Source: Candidatus Sigynarchaeum calidifontis
GTDB lineage: Archaea; Asgardarchaeota; Lokiarchaeia; Sigyniarchaeales; Sigyniarchaeaceae
Direction of reading: 5' to 3'
Assembly: GCA_030587475.2 (NCBI GenBank)
Contig: JAUQYZ020000085.1
Span: forward strand, 1 to 27,207
DNA length: 27,207 nt
A program made the translations under genes and the position numbers. Positions 18,155 through 26,636 of this stretch are shown here, in pieces. The notes beneath the pieces are model-generated. The model was not told the origin of the DNA. It was given only the letters and a program-made list of their open reading frames with translations, and ran no database searches. Numbering within the stretch: the stretch's first letter is position 1; the number at the start of each line of letters is the position of its first letter.

Positions 18155-18521
18155 TTACAAAGGCTGGATGGCCTCGGAACCGATGGCACCGTATAATACC
18201 TTTCCGAGTTTGGTCGCTTCGGCCTCCCGCCACCGCGCGAAGAAAGTATCGACATCGTGGACGAACGTGATCATGTCTGCGTCCTTGTGGAACGTGACCT
18301 TGTCACCCACAATGGATAAATTGAACCGTTTGCATAGATCGAAGAGAAGCAGCGCAAACTTTTCGGCCGGAAGTTCGGAAATGGAGCGCAAGTATTCCAT
18401 ATCTACCATGTTGCCTTGTTCGAGAATGTGATCTATCGTGGCCGCAGCCTTGATCGCGTTGATGCGCCAAGTACTGCTCGATCCGGATGACAATTTGCGC
18501 ATCGGCAGCCTTGTCGGTCAT
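18155..18521 (-). pseudogene. Frameshifted small protein with Asgard-type C-terminal domain
   Basis: ATG 18521 with GGAG gives MTDKAADAQIVIRIEQYL. After a 1-nt shift near 18467 it continues RINAIKAAATIDHIL...FVHDVDTFFARWREAEATKLGK. Confidence 0.55.
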
Positions 18522-18684
18522 GCCAGCTCCGTTCAGCCGGTTCCAGATCTATTCTGGTTATTTCCCGATGACAAGCGTGTAGGGGTACTCGATGGTCGAT
18601 CATAATTATGTCGCAGCGCTACAACTTTCGCGCAAAGTATTTATTCAAAAAATTCCATTCAAAGCGACAAGGTCGTTGAGGCAC

Positions 18685-19614
18685 ATGAACGCACGAATCG
18701 TTCCGTCGGACGAGAAATCGAGCCGGATCGGCGATCCGATGTCTGATCTGGCTTGGGTCTGCCCGGAATGCCAAAGTGGCGGGCTGGTCGAGGATGCGCA
18801 CCGCGGCGAGTTGATTTGCACGAGTTGCGGTGCCGTGCTGGAGTGGGGAGCGTTTGACTATTCCCAGGAGAAAAGGGCCTATACAGCCGAGGAAGTGGAG
18901 AATAGAAAGCACAATGGCTCGCCAATCACGGCGCTATCGGACATCGCATGGACGACCGTGCTCAAGGCGACCGATAAAAATGCCAGCCCGAGCCTCAAGC
19001 GTGCTGCGCGCTGGAATAGCCGCCTCTCTTGGGACAAGCGTAATTTATTGATGGCCGTGACCGAGATCAAGCGCGTCTGTTCCGCTCTTGGGGTACCCAG
19101 GCTCGTCGCGGAAACGGCGGCCACCTACTATCGCAAGGTTCAAAAGATGAATGTCTTGCGTGGAAGGTCAATCTCGGGCTTCGTCGGCGCATGCGTTTAC
19201 CTGGCGTGCCGGACGAGCAAGATCCCGCGTTCCGTCGATGATATCTACAAGGAAATGCCCGAGACGACCGACAGGGACATTCGTATCTGCTATCGCGTGC
19301 TCATCGGCGAATTGAAGGTTCGTGTTCCCCGAATCAGCGCGGTCGCCCTGCTTCCCCGCTACACCAGCGTGCTCGCCCTCTCGCAAGACACGTGCAACCT
19401 CGCCGAGAAAATGCTCGTCGCCTTCGAGGCGCACAACAACACGGCTGGCAAGGATCCCAAGGGCATGATCGCCGCCGCCATTTACCTCGCATGCAAGGCA
19501 CGTGACGAGGAAACCGCCCAGAAGCGTGTTGCCACGGCATGCGGTGTCACCGAGGTCACGCTCCGCTCGCGCATCAAGGAATTCAACGTCATCATTAATA
19601 ATACACTTAAATGA
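18685..19614 (+). CDS. tfb: Transcription initiation factor IIB (TFB) paralog 1
   Basis: CPEC...RGELICTSCG Zn ribbon, LRGRS, VYLACR, GKDPKGMIAAAIYLAC and VTEVTLRSR. Start chosen by alignment with paralog 2 (MNARIVP versus METRFAP). Confidence 0.94.
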   Translation: MNARIVPSDEKSSRIGDPMSDLAWVCPECQSGGLVEDAHRGELICTSCGAVLEWGAFDYSQEKRAYTAEEVENRKHNGSPITALSDIAWTTVLKATDKNASPSLKRAARWNSRLSWDKRNLLMAVTEIKRVCSALGVPRLVAETAATYYRKVQKMNVLRGRSISGFVGACVYLACRTSKIPRSVDDIYKEMPETTDRDIRICYRVLIGELKVRVPRISAVALLPRYTSVLALSQDTCNLAEKMLVAFEAHNNTAGKDPKGMIAAAIYLACKARDEETAQKRVATACGVTEVTLRSRIKEFNVIINNTLK

Positions 19615-19748
19615 TGGCGCTTCGTATTTTTTTAGCCATTTCATACTTCTCATCGTCAACCTCGTGGAAGCCTCGTCGATTTTAAAGTATAATCGGAAGC
19701 ATCATCAAGGGGGGCTCGAGAAAAGAGCTAAGGCCAGGTGGATCGAAC

Positions 19749-20201
19749 ACGCAAACGTTCATCACGAGTTTCGACATGGAAGAGTGCGCGAGACATCTTG
19801 ATTCGAGGCGGCTCGGCAAGCAACGCGTGGAAGCGCTGCAAATCCTCCGGGCTAATCTCGGCTTGAGTAAGGGCTGGAAAAACCATCCCGTGACAAGGGC
19901 TTGGAAAGGATACGAGCCATTCTTGCTGAACATATATTTAAAGGCCATCATGGATGAATGGGAGCGGCGTGGTTATAAAAATGTCAAGTGCATCACCATG
20001 CGGGACGAGATTGCCCAGATAATAGGTGATGCAATGCCCGTACCGCCGCCGTGGTTGACCGAGCAGCTGATCCTTTCCCACCAGAGTAATCTCGTCCGCA
20101 AGAACCCGGTTCATTATAAATGCTTGTTTCCGGGCATTCCAGATGACATCCCATACGCGTGGCCAAGATCACCTTCGTCAAAGCACACGGAAAAGCCATA
20201 A
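19749..20201 (+). CDS. Pyrimidine-dimer DNA glycosylase / T4 endonuclease V-like protein (MSMEG_6728 type)
   Basis: xQTF...A..LD.RRLGKQRVEALQIL...GWKNHP...W.GY...EW..RGY...PPPWL...SHQSNLVRKNP.HY...PY.WP. The conserved MQTF start reads ACG-CAA-ACG-TTC at 19749. Confidence 0.88.
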   Translation, partial: TQTFITSFDMEECARHLDSRRLGKQRVEALQILRANLGLSKGWKNHPVTRAWKGYEPFLLNIYLKAIMDEWERRGYKNVKCITMRDEIAQIIGDAMPVPPPWLTEQLILSHQSNLVRKNPVHYKCLFPGIPDDIPYAWPRSPSSKHTEKP

Positions 20202-20224
20202 ATATAGCGTTTAAATGTCCACGC

Positions 20225-20583
20225 GCCGATTCTTGACTTGTCCCCGAGGTCGACGAGCTCGTCCAAGTCATCCTCCTCCTCCGCCTTTTTACTCCCGTGC
20301 GCCTGTATCCACGCCGCCCACTCGTCCTTGCCCGGCTTCCGGAGATCATCATCGTCGTAGCCGCTCGCCCCGTCTGTCGTCCCACGTGGAACAGCACCTC
20401 CCCGGCGACTCGGATGCCCGCCGCGCCCGGCTGGAACTGCGTGATGTCCCGCGCGGCGACGTGCGGCGACGCGGCCAGCAACAGGCCGCGGCCTTGCATC
20501 GCCCGCGCCGACAGCGACGGGTTCACGCACGCCTTTGCAACGCGCTGTAGCACCGACGCGGTGCACCGCCGCAGCACCGACGC
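20225..20583 (-). pseudogene. GC-rich frameshifted gene remnant
   Basis: Codon-biased frame VLQRVAKACV...GEVLFHVG continues after a 1-nt shift at 20381-20383 as TTDGASGYDDDDLRKPGKDEWAAWIQ...EEEDDLDELVD. Confidence 0.4.
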
Positions 20584-20692
20584 AGTTGAATATTACTAGC
20601 ACACGCATACTATCGACATTGATGTCGCTTAACAACACATCATGCAAGCATAAGGTATATTTATGATAGCCTCGATATATCCCGTGATTGCA

Positions 20693-20959
20693 ATGCATGA
20701 CTCTATTGACACGGTTATCGTGAACGAACGCGGCATGGTCACCATCCCGCTGGAGATTCGCAAGAAATTCGGGCTCGTGAAGGGCTCGAAAGTCGCCATC
20801 ATAGAGATAGATGGCAAGATCGAGTTCATCCCGCTCAAGAGCGTGGAGGAGATGGAGGTAGCCTGCACGGTGCCGACGGAACGAATGGCCCGCATCTACG
20901 AGGAGAGCCGTGAAAACGAACTGCGATTGGAGAAAGAACGTGCGGAACATCTACATTGA
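20693..20959 (+). CDS. vapB: AbrB/MazE/SpoVT-family antitoxin (VapB)
   Basis: VNERGMVTIPLEIRKKFGLVKGSKV AbrB signature, overlapping the downstream PIN gene. Start could be 20663. Confidence 0.92.
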   Translation: MHDSIDTVIVNERGMVTIPLEIRKKFGLVKGSKVAIIEIDGKIEFIPLKSVEEMEVACTVPTERMARIYEESRENELRLEKERAEHLH

Positions 20960-21371
20960 TACGGGCGTGCTATCGAATTATTTTTCGTCTGCCCGAGCGG
21001 CCTCGGTCAAGGCCTTGATGGACGAGATCAGGGATGGAAAAAGCCGTGGATACATCCTGAAACCCGTCCTGGTCGAGGTCTTTTACCACATCTGCAGCGA
21101 TGCAGGCCTGCAAGCTGCAAATGCGCAAGTCGTGAACTTCATTAGGAACTTCCCCATCGTTCTCGTCGACATCGACGAGCCGTTGATCCTCCACGCGGGA
21201 AAACTCAAGTGCCAGCACGCAGCGGTACTCTCCTACATCGATTGCATGTCCATCGCCTATTGTTTGCGGGAGAACATCGAGTTTCACACGACGGAGAAAC
21301 TGCTCAAGGCCATCCCGCACAACACGCTCCAGCGTTTGCGGGTAATCAAGCACTCCTGGAGCGATCAATGA
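20940..21371 (+). CDS. vapC: PIN-domain toxin (VapC)
   Basis: GTG start behind GGAG; IYIDTGVL, VLVEVFY, LSYIDCMSIA and FHTTE. Confidence 0.9.
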   Translation: MRNIYIDTGVLSNYFSSARAASVKALMDEIRDGKSRGYILKPVLVEVFYHICSDAGLQAANAQVVNFIRNFPIVLVDIDEPLILHAGKLKCQHAAVLSYIDCMSIAYCLRENIEFHTTEKLLKAIPHNTLQRLRVIKHSWSDQ

Positions 21372-21708
21372 TATATCTGTCTTGCAACCTCGTCGCCCCG
21401 ACGAAGTCAGGATGGGTGAACGCGTCGGAATGTTGAGGCTGCTTCAAGCCTGCGTGAATATTCATCGCACGAGCTGGTGAGAGGGGCTTCGCATCTCTTG
21501 CATCGCCCTTCACGAGGCTGGCGAGCAATCTCAAGTATACCCGGTTTATCACGTTGAAATCCGCCGGACCAGGATCAAGTTTCAATAGAACAAGTCCTTG
21601 GTCCTGGATCGCGAAATTTGCGCCCGGATCCAAACCGATGGCCTCCTTGACGATCTTGACCACCGTGTCAACGGTCATACCCGCACGTACCAGATCATCG
21701 ATACTCAT
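21346..21708 (-). CDS. Hypothetical protein
   Basis: 120-aa ORF with plausible codon use; its 3' end overlaps vapC convergently. Confidence 0.5.
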   Translation of the reverse strand: MSIDDLVRAGMTVDTVVKIVKEAIGLDPGANFAIQDQGLVLLKLDPGPADFNVINRVYLRLLASLVKGDARDAKPLSPARAMNIHAGLKQPQHSDAFTHPDFVGATRLQDRYIIDRSRSA

Positions 21709-21851
21709 TGTGCCCAGCAGGTTGTTTTTATTAACTCGAGGTCAATAGTTTCTGGCCGGAGTCGAGCGGCGCGTTTAAATGGTCACGTGCTGAGCCTTGA
21801 CATGGTCTCGCCGTCGCAACACAATAAAAGGTGCGGCCAAGGAAAGGGATC

Positions 21852-22481
21852 ATGGAGAAAAAACTCGAACTAGACGAAAGAGATGCCGACCGCCCCGTCG
21901 CACGGGTGCCGGGCTGGAGGGTCTCGGGGCCGGCGTGGAAGGGCATCGCTGTTTTCGCGCTGTTCGCGGGGCTCTTCGCCATGACCGTGTACGCGAGCAT
22001 CCACATGCTCATCGTTGCGCCACTTGGCGATCCTGCTAGCCGGTTTGCACTCGTGTTCGTGAACGGTTTCTTGTTCATCATTATCGTCGTCATGTACATC
22101 AGGTTGATCCAGCCGTTTTACATCAGCAAGGAGATCGTCATCGACAAGCGGGCCGGCAAGGTCACGGGGCTCGTGTACTTGTTCCCCGCGATCAAGATAC
22201 CGGCCATGACCCGTTACATCAGCACCGTGACCCAGATCGAGATGGGCAAGTTCGTTCTCCCTGGGAAGCGGTCAACCACGGCAGCACCTTGCCTGGCCAT
22301 CTTTTTCAACGACAATCGCAACTGGCGGATTTGCATCGAACCAGATAATCACGCGTCGAGTGTCAACAACCCTCTTTCCAAGGACGAGTTCAAGAATCTC
22401 GAAAAATTTCTCGTGCGACACTTGCTCCCGCAACTGGAAACTGATTCCAAAGGCAGCAAGGGAAAAAAACGCAAGAACTAG
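21852..22481 (+). CDS. Two-TM membrane protein with soluble beta-rich C-terminal domain
   Basis: TMs GIAVFALFAGLFAMTVYASIHMLIV and FALVFVNGFLFIIIVVMYI; ATG 21852 behind AGGGA. Confidence 0.78.
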   Translation: MEKKLELDERDADRPVARVPGWRVSGPAWKGIAVFALFAGLFAMTVYASIHMLIVAPLGDPASRFALVFVNGFLFIIIVVMYIRLIQPFYISKEIVIDKRAGKVTGLVYLFPAIKIPAMTRYISTVTQIEMGKFVLPGKRSTTAAPCLAIFFNDNRNWRICIEPDNHASSVNNPLSKDEFKNLEKFLVRHLLPQLETDSKGSKGKKRKN

Positions 22482-22524
22482 CGACATGGCAAGAGACCGT
22501 GTTCATCGACGAGCGCGGGCGGAG

Positions 22525-23445
22525 TCAAAGCTTGATGGATTCAGGCAAGATGGCGTTGATTTCTTTCAAGCGGGAGCGGATCGTGACCTCGGTGACGCTG
22601 CACGCGGCGGCGACGCGTTTTTGAGACGTTTCTTCGCCCTTTATCTTGCACGCGATGTAGATCACGGCCGCGATCATGCCCTTGGGATCCTTTCCTGTCG
22701 TGTTATTTCGTTTCTCGAGTGCGACGAGCATGCGCTCGGCGAGGTTGAGGGTGTCTTGTTTCAAGTTAAGCATGCTTGAAAATCTCGGAAGCAGTGCAAC
22801 AGCGCTGAGCCGGGGTACCCGAACCTTCAACTCGGTGACGAGCACGCCGTAGCCGATACGTATATCCCGGTCGGCAGTGCCAGGCATCTCCTTGTAGATA
22901 TCATCGACAGAACGTGGCACGTGACTCGTGCGGCATGCTAAATAGATGCATCCTCCTATGAAACCGTGGATCGAGCGACCCCGGAGCACGTTGCGCTTCT
23001 GGATCTTGCGAAAATAGGTGGCTGCCGTTTCCGCGACGATGCGTGGAACTCCGAGGGCTGAGCAAACACGCTTGATCTCCGTGATCGCTACCAGAAGGCT
23101 TTTCTTTTCCCAGTTCAAGCATGAATTCCAACGAGCCGCGCGTTTCAAGGTTGGACTGGCGTTTTTACTCGTCGCCTTCAAGATGTTTGTCCAGGCAATG
23201 TCCGTCAAGGCAGTTATCGGGGCGCCATTGTGCCTCCTTTTTTCGACTTCCTCCTCGGAAAACGCCCGCCTTTCCGAAAAATCGAACGTTTCACCCTCGA
23301 TTACAGCCCCGCAACTCGTGCACACGAGCTCGCCGCGGCGCGAGTCCTCGATCAAGCACGGATTGTTGCATTCAGGGCACGTCTCGTCTGCCCGATCCAT
23401 CTGGTCTTTGGGTGATTTGCTCCCGGGGGCGAATCGCGTTTCCAT
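22525..23445 (-). CDS. tfb: Transcription initiation factor IIB (TFB) paralog 2
   Basis: Same motifs as paralog 1 (CPEC...CTSCG, LRGRS, GKDPKG, VTEVTIRSR). In-frame alternative starts extend up to GTG 23490. Confidence 0.94.
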   Translation of the reverse strand: METRFAPGSKSPKDQMDRADETCPECNNPCLIEDSRRGELVCTSCGAVIEGETFDFSERRAFSEEEVEKRRHNGAPITALTDIAWTNILKATSKNASPTLKRAARWNSCLNWEKKSLLVAITEIKRVCSALGVPRIVAETAATYFRKIQKRNVLRGRSIHGFIGGCIYLACRTSHVPRSVDDIYKEMPGTADRDIRIGYGVLVTELKVRVPRLSAVALLPRFSSMLNLKQDTLNLAERMLVALEKRNNTTGKDPKGMIAAVIYIACKIKGEETSQKRVAAACSVTEVTIRSRLKEINAILPESIKL

Positions 23446-23493
23446 GTCGATCATCAACGCTACCATCTTTAACGAACGTGGTCCTGCCACGAA

Positions 23494-24597
23494 TCACCCC
23501 TCGGACGCTGCCACGCTGGCCTCGCTCGTCGCGGGCATGCCATCGCTCCCGCGTGCATCACCGAGGAGCGGCGACGTGAAGGCCTTTTCGCGGATCGAGA
23601 GGTAATCGACAAAGTTATCATAGACCGGCTTCATGATCGCCTTGATACTTTCCAGGGTCTTGCCCCGCCGGATGATCAAGTCATCGACGACCATCTGCAC
23701 GGTGTGATAGACGAACGGGTGGAAAAAAATGTTCGTCGGCACGACATTGTACTTCTTGAGAAACGCGTTGGCCGTGCTGATGAAGATCGCCGGGATCTCG
23801 TCCTTGAAAAACTCGCCGCCTGGGATCTTGAAAAATTCCTTCCTGGCCTCGAGCAAGATGTCCGACCGGAAGGCCTCCCAAGGAACCGCAGCGTAAGCGT
23901 TCAGCTTGGCGTTCTTGCGCATCTTCTTCACGAGGTTGTCGGCGCCGTCGAACTTGAAGCGCGCGTACAAGGCATACTTGGTGTTGTCCGGCAGGGAGTT
24001 AGGAATGAAGGCTTGCGGGTTGAACACGTGGATCAAGTTCCGCGCATCGAATTCCGGGTGGAAGAATTGGCGAAACATGGCGACGGTCTCGTCATAGGCT
24101 TGCAATTCCCACGGGCGCAAGCCGGCAGAATACGTGAGGAACGACCAGACCATCGGCACGGGCCGCGAACGGGGCCATTTCTCGCCGTGGAGTGACACGG
24201 GCATCAAGTTCGGCAAGTTCAGCCCCGTGTCGACGACGACCATGTCGAATCTGTCCTGGTTGTCCGCGAGGAACTTGTCCAGGAACGGGAAAATCCGCCA
24301 CGAGACATGATAGAGCGGGTGCGGCCGGATCGAGTACAACCTGTCATTGATGCGTTCCTCCCGGTAGGCGAGCGGGGTGCCCTCGTTGATCACGGGAGCC
24401 TCCTTCGCGTGCGGGTCGGCGATGAGGCCATGCAGGATCGTGGCCATGTCCGGGTTCTCGAAGTTCAAGTCTATCGCCGCGACACGCATGCCGCTGCTAT
24501 GCGCATGTAACATGGACACGAACGAGAAGAGCGTTTTTCCCGACCCGCCTTTATTCGAGCAAAAAATGTTCACGATAGGTTTCTTTCCGTTATCCAT
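23494..24597 (-). CDS. MinD/ParA-superfamily (SIMIBI) ATPase
   Basis: Deviant Walker A NKGGSGKT, A' AIDLNFENPD and Walker B FDMVVVDTG, with a divergent C-terminal half. Confidence 0.88.
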   Translation of the reverse strand: MDNGKKPIVNIFCSNKGGSGKTLFSFVSMLHAHSSGMRVAAIDLNFENPDMATILHGLIADPHAKEAPVINEGTPLAYREERINDRLYSIRPHPLYHVSWRIFPFLDKFLADNQDRFDMVVVDTGLNLPNLMPVSLHGEKWPRSRPVPMVWSFLTYSAGLRPWELQAYDETVAMFRQFFHPEFDARNLIHVFNPQAFIPNSLPDNTKYALYARFKFDGADNLVKKMRKNAKLNAYAAVPWEAFRSDILLEARKEFFKIPGGEFFKDEIPAIFISTANAFLKKYNVVPTNIFFHPFVYHTVQMVVDDLIIRRGKTLESIKAIMKPVYDNFVDYLSIREKAFTSPLLGDARGSDGMPATSEASVAASEG

Positions 24598-24636
24598 CGT
24601 CCTACATCTCTGTTGAATGTTTTCTTGTTCATCCTC

Positions 24637-25290
24637 CTACACAAAGACGGGAAAATTGATCCCGAAATACGCGAATATCTGTTGAATGTAAACTTGTAAC
24701 TGGCCGAAGAACATCTCTGGGGTCCCATAAACGGCATAGATGACGAAGTTGAAAGCGAGCTGTGCGACGAGCCCGAGCAAGATCTTCTTGGCCACGGGCG
24801 CGAGGTTCGCACGGGGCGGGTCGACGCCCTCGTCGCCGAAACCCCGCTTGTACCACTCGATCGTGTCGATCTGCACGGCATTCACGATCTTGTGAAACAT
24901 GAACGTCGCGCTCATGAAATTTGCAGCGGTCAAGAACAGCAGGATGTACGCCTTCCAGATGCGCGCCAGCGTGTCGATGACCGGGAACACGGTTTCATCG
25001 ACGATCTTGACCGCCTCGATGCTCGCGTAGAAGCCCGCCGCGAACGACAAGATCGACCAGCCCACGAAGGTCGTAAATAGCTTCCACTTGATCCGCGGGC
25101 CATTAACCAGGTCCATGTTCAAGCAGAGGATCGACCGCACGAGAGCGAAGAACGATATCAAGGCAAAGAAGAGTATCCGTTGCCCGTGATCGAAGGGCAT
25201 GCCAATGATGACCGACAGAACGAGTTCCACGCCAAGGATCGTGAAGAGACCCGCGACGATGCCGGTCGTGTACGTGGCGAGCCGAGACAA
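24637..25290 (-). CDS. Multi-pass (about 5 TM) membrane protein
   Basis: 217-aa ORF with five long hydrophobic segments, 39 bp upstream of the ATPase. Start uncertain (TTG 25290). Confidence 0.8.
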   Translation of the reverse strand: MSRLATYTTGIVAGLFTILGVELVLSVIIGMPFDHGQRILFFALISFFALVRSILCLNMDLVNGPRIKWKLFTTFVGWSILSFAAGFYASIEAVKIVDETVFPVIDTLARIWKAYILLFLTAANFMSATFMFHKIVNAVQIDTIEWYKRGFGDEGVDPPRANLAPVAKKILLGLVAQLAFNFVIYAVYGTPEMFFGQLQVYIQQIFAYFGINFPVFV

Positions 25291-25557
25291 CTTGTACTTG
25301 GATCCGTATGCGAGAACGTCATCACCGTTTTTTTATTCCCACACGTAAATCTACCCGCTTTTTACATAAAAACTTTTCCATTTGACTCAATCGACCTCCA
25401 TTAATTTCAATATCATTAAAACGGTTCATATTTATAACAAAATAATAAAGATCATTAATTCCTAATTTAATATAATGAATAATTTTCACAATATTATGGT
25501 ATCAAGACGAGAATCAAATGAACACAAACTTAGAGCAAGTCAAGGGGATACATACCT

Positions 25558-26481
25558 TCACTCCCTCTCGAATGAACCCCAAAGCCGCACGGTCTTATCT
25601 AACGATCCAGAAGCTAATAGTTTCCCATCTGGCGAAAACGTAACAGAAAATACATACATTAAATGTCCAGTCAAAGTATATGCCAAGGTATGCGTGTATG
25701 CGTTCCAAAACAGCACTGTGCCATTGCTCATGGACGAAGCAATCGTCTTACCATCGGGAGAAAATGCTAACGACGATACCACGCTGCGAACTCCCTTGTA
25801 CACGTCCCGCTCCCTCCCTGTCGAGATCTCCCATGCCCGAATTGATCTATCTTCGGATCCCGTGACCAATTCAACTCCATTCGGTGAAAATGCAATCGTC
25901 TCTATACTACCCGTATGTCCCACCAGGTGACGTAATAATAATCCACTATGAACATCCCATAAGATCAGTGATCCATCCCTTCCACCCGAGCCGAGGATAT
26001 TACCGTCTGGCGAAAAGGCTACTGATGTTACAGGGTCATCATGACCTATGAGTGTACGAACCTTGATCCGCGCTGAAACGCTCCACAGCGACACCACCTT
26101 GTCCCATTCTCCCAATGCAAGTGTATTTCCATCCGGCGAGATTGCCATCGAAGCCCATCCATTTTCAATCACATTATCAGCAGATTTCCAAAGCAGAACA
26201 CCAGAATTCGCGTCCCATAGAGCGATCGACCCATCTTCTGAACCAGAGGCTATCATCGTCCCGTCTGGTGTGAATCTAACGAAAACTACCCATGCCGTAC
26301 CATCTCGTAGTATGCGTATCCTTCTACCGGTCTGCACCTCCCACAGAATAATGGCTCCATTATCGCAGCCCGCCGCGATCATCGCCCCATCCGGCGAAAA
26401 TGATATTGATAACACCCCGCCCGTGCATTCCATCGTTTTTCGCAGAGATCTGTACGAAACCATATCGAGCATATTAAACAT
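25558..26481 (-). CDS. WD40 repeat protein (7 repeats, single beta-propeller)
   Basis: Repeats of the form GH...V.SVAFSPDG..LASGS.D..V.LWD (e.g. LIGHDDPVTSVAFSPDGNILGSGGRDGSLILWD). Confidence 0.95.
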   Translation of the reverse strand: MFNMLDMVSYRSLRKTMECTGGVLSISFSPDGAMIAAGCDNGAIILWEVQTGRRIRILRDGTAWVVFVRFTPDGTMIASGSEDGSIALWDANSGVLLWKSADNVIENGWASMAISPDGNTLALGEWDKVVSLWSVSARIKVRTLIGHDDPVTSVAFSPDGNILGSGGRDGSLILWDVHSGLLLRHLVGHTGSIETIAFSPNGVELVTGSEDRSIRAWEISTGRERDVYKGVRSVVSSLAFSPDGKTIASSMSNGTVLFWNAYTHTLAYTLTGHLMYVFSVTFSPDGKLLASGSLDKTVRLWGSFERE

Positions 26482-26636
26482 ATAGCAAACACACGAATTA
26501 AAGGACGAGGGGATAATCCATCAATGTGCACGGGGGGCACGACAAGCGTCGCAAGGGTATGGGGCCGACTAAGATGGATCCTACAGAAATGGTAGGAAAA
26601 AAAGCTTTAAGAAGAAATAATACAGTCGTAGAATCC

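Noticed and set aside
20114-20950. 278-aa minus-strand ORF
   Set aside because: Composite of vapB antisense, AT-rich promoter DNA and the frameshifted remnant; not one coherent gene.
23494-24597. ATPase as a SegA/ParA segregation or MinD division gene
   Set aside because: No SegB/ParB, centromere-like repeats or division genes nearby, and the C-terminal half is atypical; left at superfamily level.
25558-26481. WD40/LRR nucleotide periodicity as a CRISPR array or DGR repeat
   Set aside because: Repeats are degenerate protein-coding units. No identical repeats with spacers, no reverse transcriptase and no adenine-specific TR/VR pair were seen.
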